Source: Desulfobacterales bacterium (GTDB lineage Bacteria; Desulfobacterota; Desulfobacteria; Desulfobacterales; UBA11574). From it: 64,000 nt of DNA. The notes under the pieces are model-generated. The model saw nothing but the letters and a program-made list of their open reading frames with translations. It made no database searches and had not been told where the DNA came from. The DNA lies in the NCBI GenBank assembly GCA_046484425.1, contig JAWOIY010000183.1:83-64082 (forward strand), written 5' to 3'. A program made the translations under genes and the position numbers. Of this stretch, positions 1 to 8,475 are shown piece after piece (position 1 is the first letter of the stretch; each line of letters opens with the position of its first letter).

Positions 1-388
1 CAAAGATAGTTTCCTGCTTTTTCTTTACGATCCCTTGCCGCGAGTTCATGCGGTTTAAAAAAAGATTATCCATGTAGCGGTTGTTTGGAAAAACACCCCG
101 ACCCCTCAATTAATTGGGAAATATTTATTCTCCAAAATAAGGTGAATTTTAACGACTTAAATTGAGAAGAGCCGCTTGAAGGTATTAAGTGCAAAATCTT
201 TAAGCACGGTGACAGGAATTACGTTTTGTTGTATATTCAATATATTTGAATCGTTGATAATAATTGATTAATGATGTATTTCATTAAACCTGTCTTTCTG
301 ATAAATGTCATCAACGCAGTTGCACCGCATCGCATGGGGATGCGCTATGTTAAACTTAATCTATACCGAACGAGTAGAGGATACCCAC

Positions 389-772
389 ATGTCATCGAAG
401 AAGACGAGCAATGCCTCGGACAAACGGGATCAAATCATAGCCGAGGCTCGGCATGACCGAGAGCGCAGGGAGAAGACCTACCGGGAGCGAGCGCTTAAGA
501 TGTTTCCGTGGGTCTGTGCGCGGTGCGGGCGCGAATTTTCAGGCAAGAGAGTTCGAGAGCTCACGGTCCATCATAAGGATCACAATCACGATAACAATCC
601 TCCGGACGGCAGCAACTGGGAGTTGCTGTGTATCTACTGTCATGACAATGAGCATTCACGGGATGAGGTTTCGGAATGGTATGACAAAACGGCGCCGGAG
701 GGAGGGCAAGCGCCTCATCACGGCAACAGGCCGTTCGAGAGTCTGAAGGATTTGCTGAAGGACAAAAAATGA
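389..772 (+). CDS. small HNH endonuclease-family protein (YajD-like)
   Basis: ORF 305..772; preferred start is ATG 389 with GAGGA 8 nt upstream. Cys pairs CARCG and CIYCH flank HHKDHNHDNNPPDGSNWELLC, the HNH/zinc-ribbon signature of ~115-130 aa YajD-type proteins. Confidence 0.75.
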   Translation: MSSKKTSNASDKRDQIIAEARHDRERREKTYRERALKMFPWVCARCGREFSGKRVRELTVHHKDHNHDNNPPDGSNWELLCIYCHDNEHSRDEVSEWYDKTAPEGGQAPHHGNRPFESLKDLLKDKK

Positions 773-809
773 TGAACTCGCAAAAAGTCAATATTGCTCG
801 CTCCGTGAC

Positions 810-921
810 CATTTGGGGGCGTTTCCATCGGTTCCGCTAAATTTCAAGAACTCGGCGCAAGCGCCTCAAACAGCTTGAAATTTTTGACGCTTCACCGCTT
901 GAAACGCTGATTCCCCAAATG
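810..921. repeat. ~112-nt imperfect nested inverted repeat (long hairpin)
   Basis: Paired by hand: CATTTGGGG (810-818)/CCCCAAATG (913-921); CGTTTC (820-825)/GAAACG (901-906); AAATTTCAAG (839-848)/CTTGAAATTT (874-883); apical GGCG-CAAG-CGCC (854-865). Confidence 0.6.
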
Positions 922-1081
922 CTCAAATGTCGCTCACAAAAGACTTTTTACAAGTTTGTCAAAAATAGGACTCCCCAAGATTGGAGCCGGCTTGGCCGGA
1001 GGTGACTGGAAGAGAATTTCGCAAATCATTGATGAAGAACTGCCTGGAGAAGACGTTACGCTCGTAAAATTTAAACCATGA
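911..1081 (+). pseudogene. C-terminal relic of a TARG1/OARD1 (Poa1p)-type macro-domain protein
   Basis: The frame is open from 911 (in-frame TGA at 908-910, no start codon) to TGA 1079-1081. It translates to FPKCSNVAHKRLFTSLSKIGLPKIGAGLAGGDWKRISQIIDEELPGEDVTLVKFKP. LPKIGAGLAGGDW..IS.II.E resembles the C-terminus of TARG1-type macro domains ([24 protein letters not shown]...ITVYTL, from memory). Only ~56 of ~150 residues are present. Confidence 0.45.
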
Positions 1082-1128
1082 CGTCTATGCGACGATGGTG
1101 AGATTTAGATGGGATTAAATGTAAAAAT

Positions 1129-1665
1129 ATGTTTACTAAAGTTTGCGGCTTAAATTCAAAAGAACAGATAGATAAAGCCATAGCGTATGGATATGACGCA
1201 ATCGGTGTGGTCACCTACCATAAAAGCAAACGATATTGTTCCCCTGATAAAGCCAAAACACTTGCAGAATATGCAAAAGGAAGAATAAAGAGCTTCGTCG
1301 TAGGTCTAACATATAGTGACGTGCAAGAAGTTGCAGATATGTTCGATTATACACAAATATATGAAGCAAGGCAGGTTCCCAACCTGGTATTGGCATCAAA
1401 GGAAAGACCTCCCTTGGACCTCAATTATGAATATTTTATATATGACGCCAGTATAGGTAGTGGTGTTTTTCAGCAATTTCCAACATGGGTAAAAGACATG
1501 GCAGGAAAAGTTATAATTGCAGGCGGTCTTAACAAAGAAAACGTCTGCGCTGTAATCCAGAATATTAAGCCTTTTGGCGTTGACGTATCCAGCGGTGTTG
1601 AAAAAGACGGCGTTAAAGATTTTAGGATGTTGAAGGAATTCATAGATGCCGTAAGAAACTGTTAA
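1129..1665 (+). CDS. trpF: phosphoribosylanthranilate isomerase (TrpF-like), stand-alone
   Basis: KVCG N-terminus, HKSKRY, IGSGVF phosphate site, IIAGGLNKENV and FGVDVSSGVE all line up with canonical TrpF motifs. At 178 aa it is slightly short. No other trp genes are in the window, and it is visibly AT-richer than its neighbours. Confidence 0.8.
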   Translation: MFTKVCGLNSKEQIDKAIAYGYDAIGVVTYHKSKRYCSPDKAKTLAEYAKGRIKSFVVGLTYSDVQEVADMFDYTQIYEARQVPNLVLASKERPPLDLNYEYFIYDASIGSGVFQQFPTWVKDMAGKVIIAGGLNKENVCAVIQNIKPFGVDVSSGVEKDGVKDFRMLKEFIDAVRNC

Positions 1666-1687
1666 CCCTATAAAATAAGGATTCAGG

Positions 1688-1713
1688 GTGCCGGCCACCA
1701 GACCGGCACATTT
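1688..1713 (+). terminator. possible terminator hairpin after trpF
   Basis: GTGCCGG (1688-1694) / CCGGCAC (1703-1709) with an 8-nt loop, followed only by a weak ATTTG tail. Confidence 0.35.
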
Positions 1714-1857
1714 GACAAAATCTACCAAAAGAGGGTAATTACCTCAGGTTCTTTAAGGAGATGCCACGCACTATGTTACGGTTTTCTATTGAGAAATTCA
1801 CGAAGAGCGAAAGACTGGCATGTTTACATGGGACAAAGAGGAAATGAGGATTTCTCC

Positions 1858-1947
1858 ATGAAAAAAAAGACTAAAAAAAACATTTATACTGCTTTTATCG
1901 GCGAGGCAAAGGCTTATTTCAGATTAGAAAAAAATCATTTTATTTAA
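1858..1947 (+). pseudogene. 29-codon N-terminal relic of a rubrerythrin-like gene
   Basis: ATG 1858 to TAA 1945-1947 gives [43 protein letters not shown] matches the rubrerythrin N-terminal helix (EKNILTAFAGESQA, from memory). The reading frame stops after 29 codons. Confidence 0.3.
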
Positions 1948-1978
1948 TAAATCGAATGACTTTGAAAGGAGTATCAAA

Positions 1979-2968
1979 ATGAGATCATGTTACCAAGGAA
2001 CAAACCGATGGATCATTACCACCGTAGCCGTTTGCCTTTTCATTCTCAACGGGCAGGCTTGGGCAGACAAAGCAGCATCTTCCGATAAAGAGGCGGCCTC
2101 CGTCAACGGTCAACCCATTTCCAAAAGCCAGTATGAACGCGAGCTGTCTATGTTTCAGAAACGAGCCGCACAGGAAGGCCGCCAGATGAGCGATGAGGAT
2201 CTAACGTCGGTTAAAGGTCGGATTTTGGAAAACCTGATTGATGCTGAAGTGCTGTATCAACAGAGTCAAAAGGAAGGCGTTAAAGTCGATGACCAAGCCA
2301 TTAACACGCAAATTGATACGATCAAAAAGCGCTTTCCTGATGAAGCGGCCTATAAAAAAGCGCTGGAAGGGATGGATATTTCAGAACAAGAAATCCGAGC
2401 TCAGATTCAACGCGGATTAGCCGTAAACCAGTTGCTCGATACCCACGTGCTTCAAAAAATCACGGTAACCGAGGAAGAGAGTAAAAAATATTATGACGAC
2501 AATCCGAATTTGTTTAAGCAGCCGGAGCAGGTAAAAGCCAGCCACATTCTGATAAAAGTGGCGTCCGACGTCAAAGAATCCGAAAAGATTCAAGCCCGCA
2601 AGAAAATTGAAGCGGTTCAAAAAAAAGTCCGCCAGGGTGAGGACTTCGGTTTATTGGCCAAAGACAATTCTGAAGGACCCGCAGCCCAACGTGAAGGTGA
2701 TCTAGGCTATTTCAGCCGAGGCCAAATGGTAAAACCGTTTGAAGACGCGGCCTTTGCATTGAACGTCGGTGAGGTCAGCGGAATTGTCGAGACCCAATTC
2801 GGCTATCATCTGATCAAAGCAACGGACAAAAAGCCGGCCAGAACCATTCCCTATGCAGAAGCCCAACCGATGCTCGAACAACATTTAAAAAACGAAAAGG
2901 CAAAAACTGAAGTCCAAGGTTACATCGAAAATCTGAAAAAATCGGCAAAGATAAAACGGTTTATTTGA
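1979..2968 (+). CDS. secreted parvulin-type peptidyl-prolyl isomerase (SurA/PrsA-like)
   Basis: GGAG-type RBS and an N-terminal signal-like hydrophobic segment. Parvulin core ASHILIKV...[22 protein letters not shown]...GYHLIK. Confidence 0.85.
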   Translation: MRSCYQGTNRWIITTVAVCLFILNGQAWADKAASSDKEAASVNGQPISKSQYERELSMFQKRAAQEGRQMSDEDLTSVKGRILENLIDAEVLYQQSQKEGVKVDDQAINTQIDTIKKRFPDEAAYKKALEGMDISEQEIRAQIQRGLAVNQLLDTHVLQKITVTEEESKKYYDDNPNLFKQPEQVKASHILIKVASDVKESEKIQARKKIEAVQKKVRQGEDFGLLAKDNSEGPAAQREGDLGYFSRGQMVKPFEDAAFALNVGEVSGIVETQFGYHLIKATDKKPARTIPYAEAQPMLEQHLKNEKAKTEVQGYIENLKKSAKIKRFI

Positions 2969-3085
2969 AACCTGCCTTAAAACTGATTTTGCCCTTCACA
3001 ACGAGCCACGTCATTAACAATTAACATCAAATCCGGCAAATCACGAAAGAGACTGTCGTGATTTGCCTCAAGCCGGGGGTGCATC

Positions 3086-3319
3086 ATGCCAACGCCGCAA
3101 GCGCGTAAAGTTCTCGGGTTGTTGGCCAAAGAATGGGAGTACAGCGGTCCGCCTGGTATTCTGGATATCAGCGACATTGTTGCGATCTTGGACCTTGCGC
3201 CCAGCGAGACCTTGCAAGCATTGAAAGAGCTCTATCAAAATGGGCTGGTCGATATGAACAAGTTCAAAACCGCCGCGTTTCTAACACCCGAGGGTTATGC
3301 GGCTGCTGAAACTTCATGA
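3086..3319 (+). CDS. small hypothetical protein
   Basis: 77-aa ORF with no recognisable motif; possibly winged-helix-like. Coding status uncertain. Confidence 0.35.
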   Translation: MPTPQARKVLGLLAKEWEYSGPPGILDISDIVAILDLAPSETLQALKELYQNGLVDMNKFKTAAFLTPEGYAAAETS

Positions 3320-3578
3320 ATTGAAAAGATTCAGGGGCTTAGATAAAAACTTATCTTTACTTTTGCTTAAATATCAATTTTCGGTCTTTGATTCCAATTT
3401 GGCTTGAACATCATTAGATGGTTGATATTAAAAGATAAAATGTTTACTATCCATAGGTTTAAAAGTTTACAACAAATCATTTTATATGATGAGTTTAATA
3501 TTGGGGTCCCCTTAGTCGCACATGCATTCATGAAACCCTTCAGGCTTTGGGGAGCATGGTTTTGAAGGAGGAGATGGA

Positions 3579-4421
3579 ATGACAGAATTCGTGGTCAAGA
3601 ATGAATGGCTGATCAGATTGGCGTTTTTCGGCGGTATTTTTCTGATCATTGGCTTTGTTGAACTTCTGGTCCCCCGGAGGGCGCTGACCACCTCCAAACA
3701 AAGTCGATGGTTTGCAAACATCGGCATCGTGTTCATCAACACCTTTTCGCTAAGGTTTCTCCTTCCCGCGGGCGCCGTGGGCATCTCCATATGGGTAGGA
3801 CGTCACGGCTGGGGGATTTTCAACCTTATTCAATGGCCTTTCTGGGCGGAGGTGGTTTTAACGGTGATCTTCCTTGACTTTGTGATCTACATCCAACATG
3901 TGATGTTTCATGCGCTTCCTGTTTTGTGGCGCCTGCATATGATGCATCATGCAGACATGGACTTTGATCTCACGACCGGAACGCGCTTTCATCCCATCGA
4001 GATTATCATCTCTATGGGGATCAAGGCCGGGGCCATCACCTTGCTGGGAGCCCCTGCCATCGGTGTTCTCATATTTGAAATAATTTTGAATGGGGCCGCC
4101 ATGTTTAATCACGGCAATTTTTTTATGCCTTTGGGTGTCGACCGGGTGCTGAGGCTATTGGTGGTCACGCCGGATATGCACCGGGTCCACCATTCCGTCT
4201 TTCCTTCCGAGACCAACAGCAACTTTGGCTTTAACCTTCCATGGTGGGATCGATTGTTTGGAACATACCGGTCCCAGCCGATGAAGGGGCATGAACAAAT
4301 GACCATCGGCCTGAACCAGTTCCGAGAACCGTCTCTCCTTACCCTTGCGCGGATAATTGCTTTACCTTTCGTTGGTAAAACCGGCAGCTACCCCATCGGC
4401 AGAAGGGGGGATCAAGGATGA
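3579..4421 (+). CDS. fatty acid hydroxylase / sterol desaturase family membrane protein
   Basis: GAAGGAGGAG RBS and several TM segments. Three histidine boxes: HVMFH, HMMHH, HRVHH. Confidence 0.85.
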   Translation: MTEFVVKNEWLIRLAFFGGIFLIIGFVELLVPRRALTTSKQSRWFANIGIVFINTFSLRFLLPAGAVGISIWVGRHGWGIFNLIQWPFWAEVVLTVIFLDFVIYIQHVMFHALPVLWRLHMMHHADMDFDLTTGTRFHPIEIIISMGIKAGAITLLGAPAIGVLIFEIILNGAAMFNHGNFFMPLGVDRVLRLLVVTPDMHRVHHSVFPSETNSNFGFNLPWWDRLFGTYRSQPMKGHEQMTIGLNQFREPSLLTLARIIALPFVGKTGSYPIGRRGDQG

Positions 4422-4569
4422 CGGTTGGGGAGGCTGTTTGAAATCAGAGCCATATCTTGATAGGCTGTTGATCAGTGATTAGAGAAATTCAAAAATTGGA
4501 TTCCGTAAAACTATCCTGTAAGGCCCTGAATGCTCTGGATATGGAGTTCCCATTTTACAACCTATTTTT

Positions 4570-5316
4570 TCAATAAAGGCGCTGTAAAAAAAAATTCATC
4601 TGTTTGTGCCACCAGGGCCAGTCATGATTCACGTCGTAGCCCCAGAAATCGACCCAGGCCGGAATCGATTTTTCTTTAAAAAGGGCTTCCAGGGAACGCG
4701 TGTCGGCAACGGCTTCCTCTTCCCAGGCACCTTGACCCACGCAAACAATGATTTTACTGTGCCGGTAGCGATCCAGATACCAGGGATCGTTGATTCCCGA
4801 GAGATAGTTCACCGGAGAATTGAAGTAGACGGCAGATATATCGGCGTCCGAGAGTCCGAACTCGGTCCGATCCAGACGATAGAGGCCGCTTAAGGCGATG
4901 GTGCCTTCGAAAACATCCGGATGTTTGAGGAAAAAATTCACGGAGTGATAGGCGCCCATGCTGCAACCATTGGCCATCACCCGTTCATTCGGTGAGCGGC
5001 AGTGATTGAGGATAAACGGGAGCACTTCTTTGACCACATAACGGTCGTAGGCTTCGTGCCGTGCATTTCGATCCGCCGGCACAACAGCGAAATTGTACCA
5101 GGACTCTGCTTCGATGCTGTCTATGCAAAACATCTTGATCCTGCCTTCATTTATGAACCCGGCAATGGCGCTGATCATCCCCATGCCTTCATAATCAAAA
5201 TAGCGGCCACGGGAGCAGGGAAAAACGATAAACGGTTTCCCCCAGTGCCCGTAAATCTTCAGGGCCATATTCCGATTCAGATTCGGGCTGAACCAGTTGT
5301 GTTCTTCAATGTGCAT
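4570..5316 (-). CDS. esterase family protein (esterase D / putative esterase fold)
   Basis: Nucleophile elbow GCSMGA in NGCSMGAYHSVNFFLKHPDVF. 248 aa, starting 12 nt downstream of the ATP-grasp gene stop on the same strand. Confidence 0.7.
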   Translation of the reverse strand: MHIEEHNWFSPNLNRNMALKIYGHWGKPFIVFPCSRGRYFDYEGMGMISAIAGFINEGRIKMFCIDSIEAESWYNFAVVPADRNARHEAYDRYVVKEVLPFILNHCRSPNERVMANGCSMGAYHSVNFFLKHPDVFEGTIALSGLYRLDRTEFGLSDADISAVYFNSPVNYLSGINDPWYLDRYRHSKIIVCVGQGAWEEEAVADTRSLEALFKEKSIPAWVDFWGYDVNHDWPWWHKQMNFFLQRLY

Positions 5317-5328
5317 AATTTACATATT

Positions 5329-6492
5329 TTAGGTTTCAGTTGCATGAATGAAATTGATGATCTCAAAAATATCGTCCAATTTTGCCGATCTGAAAATATA
5401 GCCGATATCGCCCAGGGCACTGCTGAACACACCGGGAACGCTGGCCACCTGAACCATAAAATCACCGTAGCGGGTCATGATGTCCTCACGGCCGTAAAGA
5501 TAGCGACGGCTGTTTTTGCGGCTCGTATAACAGCAGTGAAACTTGCGTGTAAAGTCAATTTCAGTACGCCGGTGCACCAACAGTTCGGCCCATATCCGGT
5601 AAATATCGATGTCACTGGCATAATTGAACATATCGGTGGTAAATCCGCCAGGCGGTCGCATGTTGACTTCCAGCCCCGTATAGGTGTCGGGAGCAGTCTG
5701 GAAAAACTCGATATGAAAAAAACGCTCGCTCACCTTGAACGCCTTTATGCATCGACGCCCCAGCGCTTCAAGGGTCGAGGGAATGTCCCGCAGCGAGTAG
5801 TAATAGATATGGCGCTCTTCGTTGACCGTTTCCATTATACCTTGACTGAACGTATGCACCGTGTAGAATATCAGGTTGCCGTTACGGTCCGCCAGCCCGT
5901 CAAAGGAATAAATTGTGCCGGAAATAAATTCTTCCATCATGTATTCCACCGCCGGCTTGCCGGCAAAAAACTTTACCAGGTCTTCATCACTGTCCAGTCG
6001 ATAGGTATCCAGGGCACCCACACCTGCATCGGGTTTGGCCACTACCGGATAGCCCGTCTCACGGATCAACCCTCGGGCGTCCTCGATGGTCTGCACCACC
6101 CGTCCCCGGGGAACCGGCACGCCGGCCTCCCGGAATTTATCCTTCATCCGGGATTTGCGCCGGATATCGTCAATATCGCAGCCCCGAACACCAAAGATAT
6201 TGAAATCGTCCCGTATCCGGGCTTCAGTATACAACCAGTACTCATTTAACGACTCAAATCGGTCGATTTTACCGTACTTGTGGGTGAAAAATCCACATGC
6301 CCGAACCACCGCATCATAGTTGTTCATATCATCTATTCGGTAGTATTCTGTAAGAGAATCACGCACCTCAATGGCCAGTTGATCGTACTGCGCATCTCCG
6401 ATTCCCAGTACATTGGCCCCGGCTTTTTTCAGATGCCGGCAGAAACGGTGGTAATTAGGCGGGAAATGAGGGGAGAGATATACGATATTCAT
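5329..6492 (-). CDS. ATP-grasp domain protein (carboxylate-amine ligase type, substrate unknown)
   Basis: ATP-grasp core ...RRKSRMKDKFREAGVPVPRG...GYPVVAKPDAGVGA...EEFISG. Start set to ATG 6492 (MNIVYLSP...) by alignment with the upstream decayed paralog; the ORF track begins at TTG 6516. Confidence 0.8.
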   Translation of the reverse strand: MNIVYLSPHFPPNYHRFCRHLKKAGANVLGIGDAQYDQLAIEVRDSLTEYYRIDDMNNYDAVVRACGFFTHKYGKIDRFESLNEYWLYTEARIRDDFNIFGVRGCDIDDIRRKSRMKDKFREAGVPVPRGRVVQTIEDARGLIRETGYPVVAKPDAGVGALDTYRLDSDEDLVKFFAGKPAVEYMMEEFISGTIYSFDGLADRNGNLIFYTVHTFSQGIMETVNEERHIYYYSLRDIPSTLEALGRRCIKAFKVSERFFHIEFFQTAPDTYTGLEVNMRPPGGFTTDMFNYASDIDIYRIWAELLVHRRTEIDFTRKFHCCYTSRKNSRRYLYGREDIMTRYGDFMVQVASVPGVFSSALGDIGYIFRSAKLDDIFEIINFIHATET

Positions 6493-6528
6493 TATTTTTA
6501 TCTTAATTGACAACAATTGATTTTCTCT

Positions 6529-7118
6529 TCATGGCTTTCGCAGAACAAAATCCGCCATGCGGAGTATTTCCGATTCGGATACCGATCTTAAGATATACCG
6601 GTATTTCCCCATGGCCCTTTGGAAGATGGGGGGATTTACGGCATACTCGACCAGACAGTGACCGAATGCGTCCTGAATGTCGGAACGGCTATGCACATAA
6701 TCCTTAATCCGCTCAACCTTAGCAACCGGCAGGCCGCTTTCTTTGAATAGCTTTTTCATGACCGATTTTTTTTAAGCCGGTTCAGGTCTTTTGGCTGAAT
6801 GCCGTTATTACCCAACTTTTGATTGATCAAACCCTCCAACTGAAGCCACTGTTCGTTATGAGATTCAACCACGTCAAAATTCGGGGAAGTGCCCAAAGAA
6901 GCTTTGATCCTTAAAAGCTGATCGAGTGCATTTTCGACTTCGGCTACCGAGCTTAGATTTGCCCTGACATACCATTTGAAGGCCGAGCGCACTTTTTCGG
7001 GCATGAAATAAAAATCAGCTTCACCGATTCCCCAAACGTTGACGTTCATTTAGTCCAGTTTCAGGATGAAATTGGAATAGTTCGGTGGAAATTCCGGGGA
7101 AAGATATAACAACTCCAT
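6529..7118 (-). pseudogene. decayed tandem paralog of the ATP-grasp gene
   Basis: 7118..7050 encodes MELLYLSPEFPPNYSNFILKLD then TAA, and the next in-frame codon starts MNVNVWGIGE. This aligns without gaps to the intact MNIVYLSPHFPPNYHRFCRHLKKAGANVLGIGD. A frameshift sits at 6756-6759 (LNRLKKNRS / MKKLFKESGLPVAKV versus intact IRRKSRMKDKFREAGVPVPRG). The copy stops at 6529, so about half the protein is missing. Confidence 0.75.
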
Positions 7119-7247
7119 GGTCTGCAAGTAAAATTTAAAGGTTAAAGACAAACGAACACGTCCAAACGATACCCTTTTTACGGCAAAAAGAAAAGGGGCG
7201 TTTATCTTTGATAACCATCGTTCCTACCGCGACCAACAGCGTCATTA

Positions 7248-7282
7248 TTTCCACCTAAAATTGTGTAGCTCACACAATTTTA
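7248..7282. repeat. perfect 15-bp-stem inverted repeat
   Basis: CACCTAAAATTGTGT-agctc-ACACAATTTTAGGTG, checked base by base. No flanking T-run on either strand. It lies ~130 bp upstream of the ATP-grasp pseudogene start and ~210 bp downstream of the cysK stop. Confidence 0.6.
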
Positions 7283-7494
7283 GGTGCATCAGAGAATCCT
7301 CTTAAAATCAAATACACATGATATTAACTTGAAATTACGATGAATGCCCAGCTTGCAGTGGCCGTTGCAGTTGTTAAATCACTGCCGCTTGAACAGCAAG
7401 CTCCTGTTGATAAGATTGCTGCAGAATTGGAAAAATCGATTGCCGAGATATTAAATCAATCAAATTATCAGTCCGAGACGTAAGGTTGCTTTAT

Positions 7495-8418
7495 TTATTC
7501 AACAAACAGATCCGTGCTCAAATATCGTTCACCGGTACTCGGCAGCACCACCACGATCTGTTTTCCTTTGTTTTCAGCCCGCCTGGCCATTTCCATCGCA
7601 GCCCAGACCGCGGCCCCGGATGATATGCCGCACAATAATCCTTCCGATGCAGCCAGCCTTCGGCCGGTTTCAAACGCTTGATCATTGGTAACCGTAACAA
7701 TCTCGTCGATGATGTTGGTGTTTAAAACATCCGGGACAAAACCGGCACCAATACCCTGGATTTTGTGGGGCCCGGGTTGACCGCCGGAAAGAACGGGAGA
7801 ATCGGCCGGCTCTACTGCAACTGCCGTAAATGACGGTTTTCTGGCCTTGATCACCTCGGATACACCGGTAATGGTGCCGCCGGTTCCAACCCCGGAAACA
7901 AAGATATCGACATTGCCGTCGGTATCGGCCCAGATTTCTTCGGCGGTTGTTTTTCGATGAATTTCCGGGTTTGCGGGATTGGAAAACTGATCGGGCATGT
8001 AGGTATTTGACGAACTTTCCAGAATTTCACGAGCCTTTGCTATAGCCCCCTTCATTCCATCTGCCCCAGGTGTTAGAACGAGCTTTGCCCCTAAATGTTT
8101 AAAAAGTTTTCGCCGCTCTATGCTCATGGTTTCGGGCATGGTCAACGTCAAATGATAATTTTTGACTGCGCAGACAAACGCCAGCGCAATTCCCGTGTTG
8201 CCGCTGGTCGGCTCAACGATGGTGGTATCCGGTCGTATCAACCCCTGGGTTTCAGCCGCTTCTATCATGGAAACGCCGATTCGATCTTTGACACTCCCTA
8301 AAGGGTTGAAAAACTCGAGCTTGGCGAAGATCTCGGCACCAAGTCCCTCCGCAATGGTATTAAGACGCACCAGCGGTGTTGATCCGACAGTGGAATTGAT
8401 ATCATTGAATGTTTTCAT
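7495..8418 (-). CDS. cysK: cysteine synthase A (O-acetylserine sulfhydrylase)
   Basis: TPLVRLN, PLP-lysine motif [16 protein letters not shown] and GTGGT loops; 307 aa. Confidence 0.92.
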   Translation of the reverse strand: MKTFNDINSTVGSTPLVRLNTIAEGLGAEIFAKLEFFNPLGSVKDRIGVSMIEAAETQGLIRPDTTIVEPTSGNTGIALAFVCAVKNYHLTLTMPETMSIERRKLFKHLGAKLVLTPGADGMKGAIAKAREILESSSNTYMPDQFSNPANPEIHRKTTAEEIWADTDGNVDIFVSGVGTGGTITGVSEVIKARKPSFTAVAVEPADSPVLSGGQPGPHKIQGIGAGFVPDVLNTNIIDEIVTVTNDQAFETGRRLAASEGLLCGISSGAAVWAAMEMARRAENKGKQIVVVLPSTGERYLSTDLFVE

Positions 8419-8475
8419 AATTCCATCACTTAAAAGTTATTCCTGATTTCGGAAATTGTATCTGTATCTATTTTT

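Noticed and set aside
5002-6249. 415-aa plus-strand ORF
   Set aside because: It lies entirely antisense to the ATP-grasp gene, which has clear family motifs. Its translation is low-complexity with no motifs, so it is a shadow ORF.
7340-7483. 47-aa plus-strand ORF MNAQLAVAVAVVKSLPLEQQAPVDKIAAELEKSIAEILNQSNYQSET (antitoxin-like helical peptide?)
   Set aside because: It has no RBS and no partner toxin gene, and it lies between convergently and divergently arranged genes. The similarity to antitoxin motifs is too vague.
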